A stretch of 64,000 bases of DNA, taken from an uncultured virus (IMG/VR IMGVR_UViG_3300047160_035018). Its lineage: Duplodnaviria; Heunggongvirae; Uroviricota; Caudoviricetes. The notes under the pieces were generated by a model, which saw only the letters and a list, made by a program, of their open reading frames with translations, had not been told where the DNA came from and searched no databases. A program made the translations under genes and the position numbers. The stretch is taken from the IMG/VR virus record IMGVR_UViG_3300047160_035018. One strand, 5' to 3'. Positions 43,521-52,590 of the stretch are shown here, piece after piece; position 1 is the first letter of the stretch; the number at the start of each line of letters is the position of its first letter.

Positions 43521-43963
43521 CACTTCTTCTTCAGCGCGTAGTAGCCACCGACGCCGACGACGCCGACGCCGAGGAGGATGACGGCGACGCCGCCGGGGGT
43601 CGAGTACCAGGGCGGCGGGACGAGCGGGTAGCTCGTACCGGGCACGAGGGCCGGGCAGCCCCAGGAGGCATACCGGCAGAGGAAGGGCAGGGTCACCCCG
43701 GCGGCCGCCCCGGCGGTCTTGAGCGCGGTCACGTACCAGGGATCGCCGGACGAGCTCGTCCAACCCGTGGTTCCGCCGCCCATCGCGCAGAAGTTGGCGC
43801 AACTGTCCGGGTCGCTCCCGTCGCACTGGCACGAGCCACCCTGGGCGGCGCACTGCGTGAGGCACGCGGGGTCGAGCGGGTCGCAGTTGCACTGGACGGA
43901 GGCGTCGCCGAGCCCATAGAGCGTCCGGGTCGGAATGAACGTGGATTCCTCGGGGAGGATCAT
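43520..43963 (-). CDS. Cys-rich membrane protein
   Basis: LYGLGDA leader; duplicated CxCD..DP..C...C; TM followed by KKK. Confidence 0.75.
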   Translation of the reverse strand: MILPEESTFIPTRTLYGLGDASVQCNCDPLDPACLTQCAAQGGSCQCDGSDPDSCANFCAMGGGTTGWTSSSGDPWYVTALKTAGAAAGVTLPFLCRYASWGCPALVPGTSYPLVPPPWYSTPGGVAVILLGVGVVGVGGYYALKKK

Positions 43964-43987
43964 GTTGTCTCCTCCTTCGACCCTACA

Positions 43988-44206
43988 TCAGGTGCGAGCT
44001 CGCGCCGAATAGAGGCCATAGCCGAGAAGGCCCAGGACGGCCACGCCGCCCACGATGAGCGCGCCGGGGAGGACCCACGTGTCCCAGACCGATGGCGGTG
44101 TCAGGGCAAGCGGCGGTGGGCTCACGCCGGACGGCGGGCAGACGCTCGAACAGTCGGCATCGGGCGCTGCGCGGCAATCCGAGCAGGCATCTTCCAGGAC
44201 GAACAT
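43988..44206 (-). CDS. Small Cys-containing TM protein
   Basis: 4 Cys, C-terminal TM. Confidence 0.7.
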   Translation of the reverse strand: MFVLEDACSDCRAAPDADCSSVCPPSGVSPPPLALTPPSVWDTWVLPGALIVGGVAVLGLLGYGLYSARART

Positions 44207-44241
44207 GGGCCGAGCTTACGCCCCGTGGTAGCCTGGGCTCG

Positions 44242-44925
44242 ATGAACACGGCAGGCGCGATCGCCCTGGCTCTCGGTGGCGGCCTCGTGGTCGGGGGCGC
44301 CGCCATCCTCCTCGCCCGCCGGCAGGCGACGCTCTCGGGCGCGCGCGCCGAAGGAAAATCGCAGAAGATGGGCGCCACGAAGGGCCGCCACGGCGCCATC
44401 CTCCGGGGCTACACCGGCAAGCTCCCCATCAAAGAGCGGGTCTCCCTTCTCCAGGACCTCGTGGCGAAGAGCGTGAAGGACCCCGACATGCGCGGCCTGG
44501 CGCTCGGGATCACCTCCGACTGCGAGGCCCGGGATGGCCTGTGCGAGATCCGCTCGATCGGCGCGTACACGAAGCGGCAGATCCGGTACACCGGCGACAT
44601 CGCCCCCCACAAGCTCGGGGCCAAGGGCCCGGTCGAGTCCGTGGACCTCTACCAGAGCGCGCGCCGGACGTCCGAGTACGGGGGGGGTGATTGTGATGAC
44701 CATGCCGTGTTCAACGCGAGCATGCTCATCCTGAACGGCATCCCGGCGAAGTTCCGGGTGACGTCGCCCTACCGCTGGGGCAAGGACAACTTCACCCACA
44801 TCTACACGATGGCAGGCTTGCCCAAGGGCGACCCGCAGCGCTGGATCGCGGTCGATACGACCCTCCCCGACTACTCGCTCGGCAAGGAGTACCCCTTCGC
44901 CAAGAACTACGACGCGGTGGCCTGA
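44242..44925 (+). CDS. Membrane-anchored transglutaminase-like cysteine protease
   Basis: IRY..D, GDCDDHA (Cys), GIPAKF, THIY (His), WIAVDTT (Asp); N-terminal TM. Confidence 0.85.
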   Translation: MNTAGAIALALGGGLVVGGAAILLARRQATLSGARAEGKSQKMGATKGRHGAILRGYTGKLPIKERVSLLQDLVAKSVKDPDMRGLALGITSDCEARDGLCEIRSIGAYTKRQIRYTGDIAPHKLGAKGPVESVDLYQSARRTSEYGGGDCDDHAVFNASMLILNGIPAKFRVTSPYRWGKDNFTHIYTMAGLPKGDPQRWIAVDTTLPDYSLGKEYPFAKNYDAVA

Positions 44926-44927
44926 CC

Positions 44928-45218
44928 ATGAACCTACTCGACTTCTCGCCCGACTTCTCGCCCGAGCTCTCGACGGCACGTGCCGACGTGACCCTCGCCG
45001 GCCCCGAGCTCGGCCAGATCCTCGTCTGGTCACCCTGGTACACCTTCTGGGCCATCGCCGGCCCCATCAGCGCCGGGCTCTGTGCCTACCACGGCTACAA
45101 GCGCACGAACGGCTCGGCCGGCTGGACCGCGGGCTGGGCGCTCTTCGGCGCCGTCCTCCCCATCGTCGCACCGGCGGTGGCGCTGGCCCAGGGTTTCGGG
45201 CAGCCCGAGAAGGGTTAG
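44928..45218 (+). CDS. Small membrane protein
   Basis: AYHGYKRT..GW..GWALFG; two hydrophobic helices. Confidence 0.75.
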   Translation: MNLLDFSPDFSPELSTARADVTLAGPELGQILVWSPWYTFWAIAGPISAGLCAYHGYKRTNGSAGWTAGWALFGAVLPIVAPAVALAQGFGQPEKG

Positions 45219-45493
45219 CGCCGCCGCGGGCGCTTGGGCCGAGCCGGCGTGACCGTTCCGTGCTCGGTCGCCTGGCGCACGAGCCCACCCACGCCCAGAT
45301 CGAAGTTGATGTCGCGCCAGACGAGGCCGATGCCGGGCCTCATGATCGTGACCTTCTCCCTGGCATGACGGGGCGCCAACTCGAGGACCCGGAACTCGCG
45401 GAGCGGTACAACAAGGTGACGGCCGTCGCGGAGATCGACGTGCAGTTCCGTCGAGGTCACGCGGGCCCGACGCGCAAGGGGCATCTCACACAT
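45215..45493 (-). CDS. DUF2442-like protein
   Basis: LHVDLRDGRHLVVPL..F..L..A...GIGLVW..DLGVGGL. Confidence 0.75.
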   Translation of the reverse strand: MCEMPLARRARVTSTELHVDLRDGRHLVVPLREFRVLELAPRHAREKVTIMRPGIGLVWRDINFDLGVGGLVRQATEHGTVTPARPKRPRRR

Positions 45494-45567
45494 AACGCCT
45501 GGCTTGGACCGCACGCCACTGCTCCAAGAAACAGTAGCATGACCACGCCGCGCCGCGTGGTCACGCG

Positions 45568-47559
45568 TCAGTTCGAGTGGGGCAGATCGTCGTCGCCGCC
45601 GTCCTCGTCGGGGTCGTCGGGGTCCTCGGTCGGCGGCGCGGCCGCGGGCTGCTGCCCTGGCAGGGGCGGACCGCCGCGCTGCTTGGCCTCGGCGAGGAGG
45701 GCGCCCAGGGTCCGCACGAACTCCTTCGGCGCGTCGGGGAGGAGGACGTCGAGGAACATCCCCAGTTGGTCCGACTCGAAGAGGAGCAGCGCATCGACCT
45801 TCCAGCCCTTCTCGGCGATGATCGAGCGCGCCTGGAAGATCCACTGCACCGCGTGCTCGGGCGTGACCTTGCCGGCGTTGACGCCGAGACGGAGACGGTT
45901 CACCTGCTCCAGCGCCGGACCGAAGAGCTTCATCTCCTGCTCCGCCATCTGCGCCTGGACCGCCGTCATCGTGCGGACGGGCTCCTGGGCCGTCTGGACC
46001 ACGGATGGGACCACGGCCAAGGGCACCGCGGGACCGGCGGGCGGCACCTGGACATGCGGCTGGCCCGGCTGCGCCGGCGCCGGGGCGAGCCGCGCGCCGC
46101 CGCCGACCATCGCCGCGGTCGCGTGGGCCCGCGCCTCGGCCTCGCGGGCGCGTGACTCCCCGATGGAGGTGTCACGCTTCATCTGGATGAAGCCCTGCGC
46201 GACGTCGGTCACGCGCTGGACGGCCGTCCCGAGGAGCTCCATGCCAGGTCCCGACGAGCTCTTGTCCATGCCGGCGATCATCTCGCTCGCCATCTTGGCC
46301 ATCGAGAAGACCGACTGGTACGCCTCGGACACGCCCTTCAGGAGCGAGTGCGCGCCGTTCTGGGCGTTCATCTTCTCCTGCATGTCCACGACGTCGCGCA
46401 TGGTGAGAGCGTTCCGATCGCGCTCCTTCGAGGCCTCGGTCGTCGCACGTACCATCTCGCGCGACATCTCCGCGTTCTGGCGCGAGAACTCGATGACCGT
46501 CGTCATCGTCGGATCGGGCCCTTGCGGTCGGGCAGTCAGCGTGAGGAGGAGTTGCTCCTGGCGCGCCTGGTTCTCGCGGGCCGCCTGCTCCGCGCGCTGC
46601 TGGGCCTCCCGACTGTTCTGGTCCATGCGCTCCATCATCCGCATGAACATCTCCATCTGCCGGTCCGACGAGGCCTTCGCGGCGTCGGCGTCGCGGGTCT
46701 GGCGGAGGTCCCGCACCGCGTCGGCCAGGGCGACGAGGGCCCGTGAGGTCTCCTCGTCGCGCGGCGGCGCCGCGGGTCGGTCGGCGATCTTGCGAAGCTC
46801 CTTGAGCTCGTCCCGGAGCGCGCCGAGCTCGCGCTCCCTGGCCGATTGGTTTTCCTTCTGGAGGTTCGTCTCGCGGAGCGCCTGGTTCTCCTTCTCGAGC
46901 TGGCGGAGCCGGAGGTCGAGATCCGGGCTGGCCGTGGAGGACGGCGCCGCGGCGGCGGCGGGGCGCTCGTAGATCATGACCCCCGACGGCTGCGCCGGGG
47001 CGGCGGCGGGGTACGAGTAGCCGGGCGCCTGGACCACGGTCCCAGGGAGGACCGCCTGCGCGATGGCGCCGCGGGGCAGGCCGGCCGGAACGTAGCTCGA
47101 CCACTCGATCGGAGGACCTCCGCCCGCGGCGGCCGCCATGACGACCGGCGCCACCTGCTGGACGGGCTGCTGCTGGGGAAGCTGGATCACCTGCGCCTGC
47201 GGCGCGGTCTGCGGGGCGCGCTGCGCGGCCTCGACGTGCTCGGGTGGGATGAGGTCAGGAAACTGGGTCGTGTCGAACCAGTGCTCGTACTCGATGATTC
47301 CACCCTGCTCATCCGTCACGGTGATGGAGTAGTTGCCGCCGCCGGCCTTGCGGAGGATCGTCTTCGGCAGTTCCGTGCGGACATCGTTGTGATCGTAGCC
47401 CTCGCCGGCGGCCCAGTTCGCGTCGAGCTTGGCCGGCGGCATCGGGATCGGAGTCCCTCTCCCGCCGAAGTACCTCTTGACCACGGAGACCCGGAGCGGT
47501 GGCTGGAGCTGGAGGAGTTTCTTCTCATCGAGGACCTTCGGCGGCGTCACCTTCGACAT
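45568..47559 (-). CDS. Large coiled-coil/low-complexity protein
   Basis: Globular N-terminus, P/Q/A linker, long E/R/M heptads, acidic tail; start chosen at MSKVTPPK. Confidence 0.8.
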   Translation of the reverse strand: MSKVTPPKVLDEKKLLQLQPPLRVSVVKRYFGGRGTPIPMPPAKLDANWAAGEGYDHNDVRTELPKTILRKAGGGNYSITVTDEQGGIIEYEHWFDTTQFPDLIPPEHVEAAQRAPQTAPQAQVIQLPQQQPVQQVAPVVMAAAAGGGPPIEWSSYVPAGLPRGAIAQAVLPGTVVQAPGYSYPAAAPAQPSGVMIYERPAAAAAPSSTASPDLDLRLRQLEKENQALRETNLQKENQSARERELGALRDELKELRKIADRPAAPPRDEETSRALVALADAVRDLRQTRDADAAKASSDRQMEMFMRMMERMDQNSREAQQRAEQAARENQARQEQLLLTLTARPQGPDPTMTTVIEFSRQNAEMSREMVRATTEASKERDRNALTMRDVVDMQEKMNAQNGAHSLLKGVSEAYQSVFSMAKMASEMIAGMDKSSSGPGMELLGTAVQRVTDVAQGFIQMKRDTSIGESRAREAEARAHATAAMVGGGARLAPAPAQPGQPHVQVPPAGPAVPLAVVPSVVQTAQEPVRTMTAVQAQMAEQEMKLFGPALEQVNRLRLGVNAGKVTPEHAVQWIFQARSIIAEKGWKVDALLLFESDQLGMFLDVLLPDAPKEFVRTLGALLAEAKQRGGPPLPGQQPAAAPPTEDPDDPDEDGGDDDLPHSN

Positions 47560-47668
47560 GCGGGCGAGGTTCGTTCCTTGCTCGCTTGCCGTCAAAGATT
47601 GCAGGCTGGGCTCGATGCGTACCCTTGTCGACTCGAAGCTCGAACCCGACGTCACGCCACCGGCGCCG

Positions 47669-48046
47669 ATGCTGACCCCTGATGGCATCGTAACCTGCGA
47701 CAACCCCCTCCCGGGCCGCACGGTCATCCGCAAGCAGGGCTGCTACAACTGCAAGCACTGGACAAATGGCGAGACCTTTGTTTCGCACCGGAAGACGCGC
47801 CGCATGGCGGACATGCGCGATCTCCTCGAGCGCGGGGTCTCGCTGGAGCAGGCCGAGCGCGACATCGCTCGCGCCGACCAGTACCTCGAGATGCACTCCT
47901 ACGGGGTGTGCCTCATCGGCGGCGGCCAGGCCGACTTCGTGCCGGCGCGGTACCTCTGCGGGAAGTGGAACGGTCGGATCCGGGTCGAGGGGCAGATGGA
48001 CAAACTCGCCGACGAGATGAAGGACATCATGGGGGACCCGGCGTGA
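47669..48046 (+). CDS. Cys-containing hypothetical protein
   Basis: CYNCKHW..GVC..LCGKW; divergent from 47559. Confidence 0.7.
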   Translation: MLTPDGIVTCDNPLPGRTVIRKQGCYNCKHWTNGETFVSHRKTRRMADMRDLLERGVSLEQAERDIARADQYLEMHSYGVCLIGGGQADFVPARYLCGKWNGRIRVEGQMDKLADEMKDIMGDPA

Positions 48047-48381
48047 ACGAGATCTACATGCCGGTCCTCGTGCCCGTGCTCGCGACCGTGGTCTGGTACC
48101 TCATGGCCGCGGCCACGCTGACGAGGCCGCTCTGGTCCCGGTACCCGGCCTGGCTCGAGTCATGGGCCACGTGTCCGGCGTGCGCGCCGACCTGGTACGG
48201 CGCCGCCATCGCGGCGGTGTTCGAGCACTTCCGGCACTGGGTGTTCTTCGGCGTGGCAGGATGGGCGTCCTGGGTCCTCGCTGGGCTCTGGTGCACCTTC
48301 TTCTGCCCCCTCCTCGCCGAGCGCCTCTACACGACCATGCGGGCAATGCACCCGGACCCGGAACCGGGATCCTCGGAGTGA
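48043..48381 (+). CDS. DUF1360-like membrane protein
   Basis: TM, CPACAPTW, TM. Confidence 0.6.
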   Translation: MNEIYMPVLVPVLATVVWYLMAAATLTRPLWSRYPAWLESWATCPACAPTWYGAAIAAVFEHFRHWVFFGVAGWASWVLAGLWCTFFCPLLAERLYTTMRAMHPDPEPGSSE

Positions 48382-48382
48382 G

Positions 48383-48736
48383 ATGGCGCGACAGAGGAAA
48401 AACCCCAACGGGGCGTACTGGATCATGATGGGCGAGGCCGAGCGCCAGATCATCGTCGGCGCCTACAAGCGGACCGGTAGCGTCAATTCGACGGCGAAAC
48501 TCCTCGGCCTCTCGGGGCACTACCTCATGATTCGCATCGCCAAACTCGGCGAGAAGTGCGGCTTGCCCGAGAGCGTCATAGAGTCCGCGCGCCTCCGCGA
48601 GGAGCACCGGCGCCAGAAGACCAAGAGCGTCTTCGGAAAGTTCCTGAGCCAGACCGAGGAGGCGCGGATGGCGGCCAGGGACGCGCCCCGCCAAGCTGAG
48701 GCCACGGACGAACCCAAAGGGGCCGCCGCCGAGTGA
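48383..48736 (+). CDS. Fis-like HTH protein
   Basis: AERQII..AYKRTGSVNSTAKLLGLS..YL..RI. Confidence 0.75.
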   Translation: MARQRKNPNGAYWIMMGEAERQIIVGAYKRTGSVNSTAKLLGLSGHYLMIRIAKLGEKCGLPESVIESARLREEHRRQKTKSVFGKFLSQTEEARMAARDAPRQAEATDEPKGAAAE

Positions 48737-48741
48737 CATCG

Positions 48742-48910
48742 TTGCGTTCTGGCCCGTCCCGACCTACATAGGTCTTGCGATTTGCCACATCGGCCTCACC
48801 CCAGGCCTCGGCCCCATCGCAGTCAACGGCCCCGACGTGCCCATGCGCGCTCGGGGCCGTTGGCTGTCGGGTGTCAGAGGCTGGTGGTACGGTGGCGCCG
48901 GGGTGAGGCC
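48742..48910 (+). promoter_or_regulatory. Promoter and structured 5' leader of the sigma factor gene
   Basis: TTGCGT-N17-TACATA (48742-70); stems 48792-802/48900-910 and 48820-35/48851-66. Confidence 0.65.
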
Positions 48911-49555
48911 ATGTATCAGCAACCGACGTCCGAGGACGTCGCCTTGGGCCAGCGCGGCGACCGCGCAGCTCAGGCGCGCGTCATCGCGAACTGCTCCAAG
49001 CTCATCGACACCGAGCTCTTCCGTGCCCGGCTCTCGAACGACGATGATGCCCGCCAGGAGTGCGCCATCGCGCTCCTCGTCCGGGCGCTCCGGTGCTACG
49101 ACGCCACCCGCGGCGTCCCGTTCGGCGTCTACGCCCGCTTCTGTCTGCGCTCGTGCCTACGCGAGCACCGGCTCCGGAACCTCAGCCTCCTCAAGGTCCC
49201 CTCGGGGTCCATGGCGAGGAAGGACATGGCACGGATGTTCGCGGGGGACGTCTCCAACGACCGGACCGCCGCGCTGCAGGCGGCCTACCGCGGCCGCGTC
49301 GACCTCGACGGCTGGCATGGGCTCGAGGCCACCACACCGCCCACGGCCGAGGACGACGTGATCGCCCGCCAGCGCGTGGCCATGGTCGCCGGCGCCGCCG
49401 CGGGGCTCACGCCGCGCGAGAAAGAGGTCTTCAAGGGCCGGTGGCACGGCGCCGCCCTCGAGCAGATCGGCGACGACCTGGGCATCAGTCGCCAGCGCGT
49501 GAGCGAGCTCGAAAGGAGCGCTCTCGGCAAGATCCGGAGGAAAATCAACCCATGA
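48911..49555 (+). CDS. Sigma-70 family RNA polymerase sigma factor
   Basis: Region 2 DDARQE..YDATRGVPFGVYA; region 4 LTPREKEV..LEQIGDDLGISRQRVSELERSALGKIR. Confidence 0.9.
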   Translation: MYQQPTSEDVALGQRGDRAAQARVIANCSKLIDTELFRARLSNDDDARQECAIALLVRALRCYDATRGVPFGVYARFCLRSCLREHRLRNLSLLKVPSGSMARKDMARMFAGDVSNDRTAALQAAYRGRVDLDGWHGLEATTPPTAEDDVIARQRVAMVAGAAAGLTPREKEVFKGRWHGAALEQIGDDLGISRQRVSELERSALGKIRRKINP

Positions 49556-50037
49556 TCGTCGAGCTTCCGAACCGTCCTGGTCACCGCTGTGATTCCTGCC
49601 ACCAGGTGCCGCCGACCTGGTTCACGGCCTCCTGCCCGAGCTCGTGCGGGTTCGTGCTCATGGCCTGCGGCCGTTGCGCCAGCCGCGCCGCCGTCGAGGA
49701 CGGCCTGGCCGCTCACGCCATGACCTGCCCCGGGTTCGGCGCCATCGAGGACTTCCGCAAGGTGGCCCAGAACCTCTCCGGCGCCGTCCAGGGGGCCGTC
49801 TCACGCCAGATGCCCCAGGCCGGCGAGTCGATGACGCGCCAGGGCGCCCGGCTCGGCGCGCGGATGGGCTCGCGACGGGGCCAGCGCGGGGAGCAGGTCG
49901 GCGCGGTCGCCGGGGCGGCGCTGGGGGCCCTCGGCGAACATGTCCTCGGCAAGCCCGAGATGCAGCCCGCCGTCAAGCTTGCACGCGGGCTCTACGGTGT
50001 CGTTCAGGCGGTCGGGGACGTGCTCCAGAAGAAGTAG
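49552..50037 (+). CDS. Zn-finger plus Gly-zipper hypothetical protein
   Basis: CDSC..CGRC..H..C; GAVAGAALGALG. Confidence 0.65.
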   Translation: MIVELPNRPGHRCDSCHQVPPTWFTASCPSSCGFVLMACGRCASRAAVEDGLAAHAMTCPGFGAIEDFRKVAQNLSGAVQGAVSRQMPQAGESMTRQGARLGARMGSRRGQRGEQVGAVAGAALGALGEHVLGKPEMQPAVKLARGLYGVVQAVGDVLQKK

Positions 50038-50041
50038 CCCA

Positions 50042-51145
50042 TCAGAAGCGTAGCCCGGTCTGTATCGTACGCACCGCGGCCTGCTTGGCGTAGTCGGGGT
50101 TGAGCTCGCAACCGAACCATCTCCGGCCGAGGCTCTCGGCGACCTGGCCGACCGTACCCGAGCCCATGAAGGGGTCGAGCACGACGTCGCCGAGCGCAGA
50201 TCCGGCGAGGATGCACGGCGTCACCAGCGCGCGCGGGAAGGTGGCGAAGTGGGCGCCGTCGTAGGGCTCGCTGGCAATTGTCCAGACGGTCCTGGCATTC
50301 GCGCCGGACGGCTCACCATCCTCGTCAAGACGAGGCCGGCGGACCGGAACATCACGCGCGAGGTTGGCGGCCTTCACGAGACCGGAACCATCGCCTCGTG
50401 ATCGCCGCCGAGAGCCGAACGTCGTCTCGGTCTTCGGCCGTAGCGGCGACCGGATGGCGTCGGCGTCGTAGTAGTACCGTGGGGACTTCGAGAGCAGGAA
50501 CAGGTACTCGTGCGCCTTCGTCGGCCGGTCGGTCACGCTCTCGGGCATCGGGTTGGGCTTCGACCAGATGATGTCCGAGCGCAGATACCAGCCGTCGGCG
50601 CGCAGCGCGAAGGCGACCATCCACGGGATGCCGACGAGATCCTTTGGTTTGAGGCCGCACGGCACAGGTTTCGCGCCGGTATAGCCCATCTCCGGCGTGT
50701 TGCGACCATTTGGCGTGCCGGTGCCACCTTTCGCCGGATCGCGCGCGTAACTATCCCCCAAATTTAGCCACAGCGTGCCGTCGTCGGCGAGCACGCGGCG
50801 GACCTCGCGGAACACGGCGACCATCTCTGCCACGTAGTCGTCGTGTGTGGGCTCGAGGCCGAGTTGGGCGTCAATGCGACGCCCACCGCATTTTCGACAG
50901 ACCGTGCGTTGGACCACTTCTTGTTTGGGCATGGACCCGCCGCGGCCACCAGGCGTCGGCTTATCGGACGCGTGACCCCAAAGTCGATGATCGCATGCCA
51001 AATCACCGCCCTCCCACGATGCAGTACCGTAGTCCCGCAGTCCCCAGTACGGTGGGCTCGTCACGCAGCAGCGGAACGTCTTCTCCGCCAATGTTGGCAG
51101 GATCGCGCGGCAGTCGCCGACCTCGACGCGGTTCCAGGACGTCAT
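50042..51145 (-). CDS. N4-C/N6-A DNA methyltransferase (beta class)
   Basis: TSPPYW, IIWSKPNPMPES, HFATFP, VLDPFMGSGT. Confidence 0.95.
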   Translation of the reverse strand: MTSWNRVEVGDCRAILPTLAEKTFRCCVTSPPYWGLRDYGTASWEGGDLACDHRLWGHASDKPTPGGRGGSMPKQEVVQRTVCRKCGGRRIDAQLGLEPTHDDYVAEMVAVFREVRRVLADDGTLWLNLGDSYARDPAKGGTGTPNGRNTPEMGYTGAKPVPCGLKPKDLVGIPWMVAFALRADGWYLRSDIIWSKPNPMPESVTDRPTKAHEYLFLLSKSPRYYYDADAIRSPLRPKTETTFGSRRRSRGDGSGLVKAANLARDVPVRRPRLDEDGEPSGANARTVWTIASEPYDGAHFATFPRALVTPCILAGSALGDVVLDPFMGSGTVGQVAESLGRRWFGCELNPDYAKQAAVRTIQTGLRF

Positions 51146-52290
51146 CTCGGCCACTCCTCATGCCGCCGCCCGTCGAGCTCGGGCATGTGCACCTTGCGCC
51201 CGTTGGTCGCGAACTGCTTCAGGAAGAACGGCACGCCGGCCGCGGCGCACTGGTCGCGGACCCCGCGCGCCCAGTCGATCTGCATGGCGCGCGCGCCCGG
51301 GCCGCTCTCAGCGCCCACGATGACCCAATCGAGCCCGGGGAGCACGCGGAACTCATCGGGCTTGACGCCGAGGAGCTTGCCGTCGGTCGCCTTGACCGAT
51401 AGCGCACCATGAGGATTGCTGTTTGCCCGATAGATCCCGGCCTCCGCGTAGGTCTGCGCCTCTCGATCGTCAAACAGCATGTCGGCACGCGCGCCGCGCT
51501 CGAGGTCGATCCAACGGCTCGTCCTGCGCTGACAGCACGTGCACGTCGCCGAGGACAGGCCGAGGTCGACATCGCCGAGGAGCGGTTCGGCCGACACGAA
51601 CCGCACCGCGGCCGGCGTCTCGAGCAGAAGCGGGATCCGCTCGTCGGCGTACTGCTGGTTCTCGACGGAGACACCGAGCCACACGTTGGGGAGCGGCCAG
51701 GCGCCGGTGCGTGCTTCGCCGCTCACGATCGCGGCATCATCTGTCAGGAGCTGACGCACGTAGTAGTGCACCACGTCGCGGTGACCGTGGCCTGTCCTCG
51801 TCCAGTTGCCGACTTTTTCCGGCGGCGCGATCTGTGATTCGAGCCACCGGAACCAGTCCCGCATCCGCTCGGCGCGCTTCGTCAACACCTGGAACGTGTG
51901 CCGCGGCGCCGCCGCCATGACCCCGAACACCGCCGCGATCTCCTCGTTCTTGAGCCGCTCGTGGAAGAGGTCGCTCATGCTGTTCACGAAGACCCTGCGC
52001 GGCCGCTTCCAGCGCAGCGGGTCGGCGAGATGCTCGGGCACCATGCGGACCTCGCCGGTCCAGCGCGGCGAACTCCACTTCACGCGCGGATCAACGGAAG
52101 ACCGGCGCACGTGAACGGAAGACCGTCGCACGTGAACCTTGACCAGCCCCTCGTACGGCTGCCCCGACCCGCAGAACCTACTCGCCATGCGCTCGGCGTA
52201 GCAGTTCTCGCACCCTGGTGAGACCCGCGAGCAGCCGCGGACTGGATTCCAGGTCGCGTCCGTCCATTCGATCTTCGACTTGTCACCCAT
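51142..52290 (-). CDS. Phage Gp37/Gp68 (DUF5131) family protein
   Basis: IEWTDATWNPVRGC..SPGCENCYA, FVNSMSDLFH, FQVLTKR, SAEPLL, WVIVGAESG, FFLKQ. Confidence 0.93.
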   Translation of the reverse strand: MGDKSKIEWTDATWNPVRGCSRVSPGCENCYAERMASRFCGSGQPYEGLVKVHVRRSSVHVRRSSVDPRVKWSSPRWTGEVRMVPEHLADPLRWKRPRRVFVNSMSDLFHERLKNEEIAAVFGVMAAAPRHTFQVLTKRAERMRDWFRWLESQIAPPEKVGNWTRTGHGHRDVVHYYVRQLLTDDAAIVSGEARTGAWPLPNVWLGVSVENQQYADERIPLLLETPAAVRFVSAEPLLGDVDLGLSSATCTCCQRRTSRWIDLERGARADMLFDDREAQTYAEAGIYRANSNPHGALSVKATDGKLLGVKPDEFRVLPGLDWVIVGAESGPGARAMQIDWARGVRDQCAAAGVPFFLKQFATNGRKVHMPELDGRRHEEWPR

Positions 52291-52567
52291 TGTACGTCAC
52301 CGAGGATGGCAGGTCACGTTGGTACAGCGCTCGTTGTCGTTCCATTGAAGCCGCAAAGACCGGCTCGTACTCCACATCAACGCTGACGATGTGGCTCACC
52401 CCGTCGGGGCCACGCACGACAACACCCATCTCACTGAACGGGTCTCCTCCCTCGTTGAACCTCTTTGCCGCAAACGCAGACGCGGCGTCGGCCGCATCAT
52501 ACGCTTCAATCGTCCGCGCGTCCTCTTCTGTTTCGTAGTCGTGTGTCCAGCATTCATACGTCGGCAT
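52283..52567 (-). CDS. Small acidic hypothetical protein (lower GC)
   Basis: AAGGGG RBS; coupled to the downstream gene. Confidence 0.65.
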   Translation of the reverse strand: MPTYECWTHDYETEEDARTIEAYDAADAASAFAAKRFNEGGDPFSEMGVVVRGPDGVSHIVSVDVEYEPVFAASMERQRALYQRDLPSSVTYNG

Positions 52568-52590
52568 TGTGTCATCACCCCTTTCAGCCC

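Noticed and set aside
44938..44972. 12-bp tandem repeat (DFSP-DFSP-ELS)
   Set aside because: Short in-frame duplication with no evident functional signal
45568..47559. Tail tape-measure protein
   Set aside because: No flanking tail, chaperone or baseplate genes; P/Q-rich linkers and acidic tail are atypical
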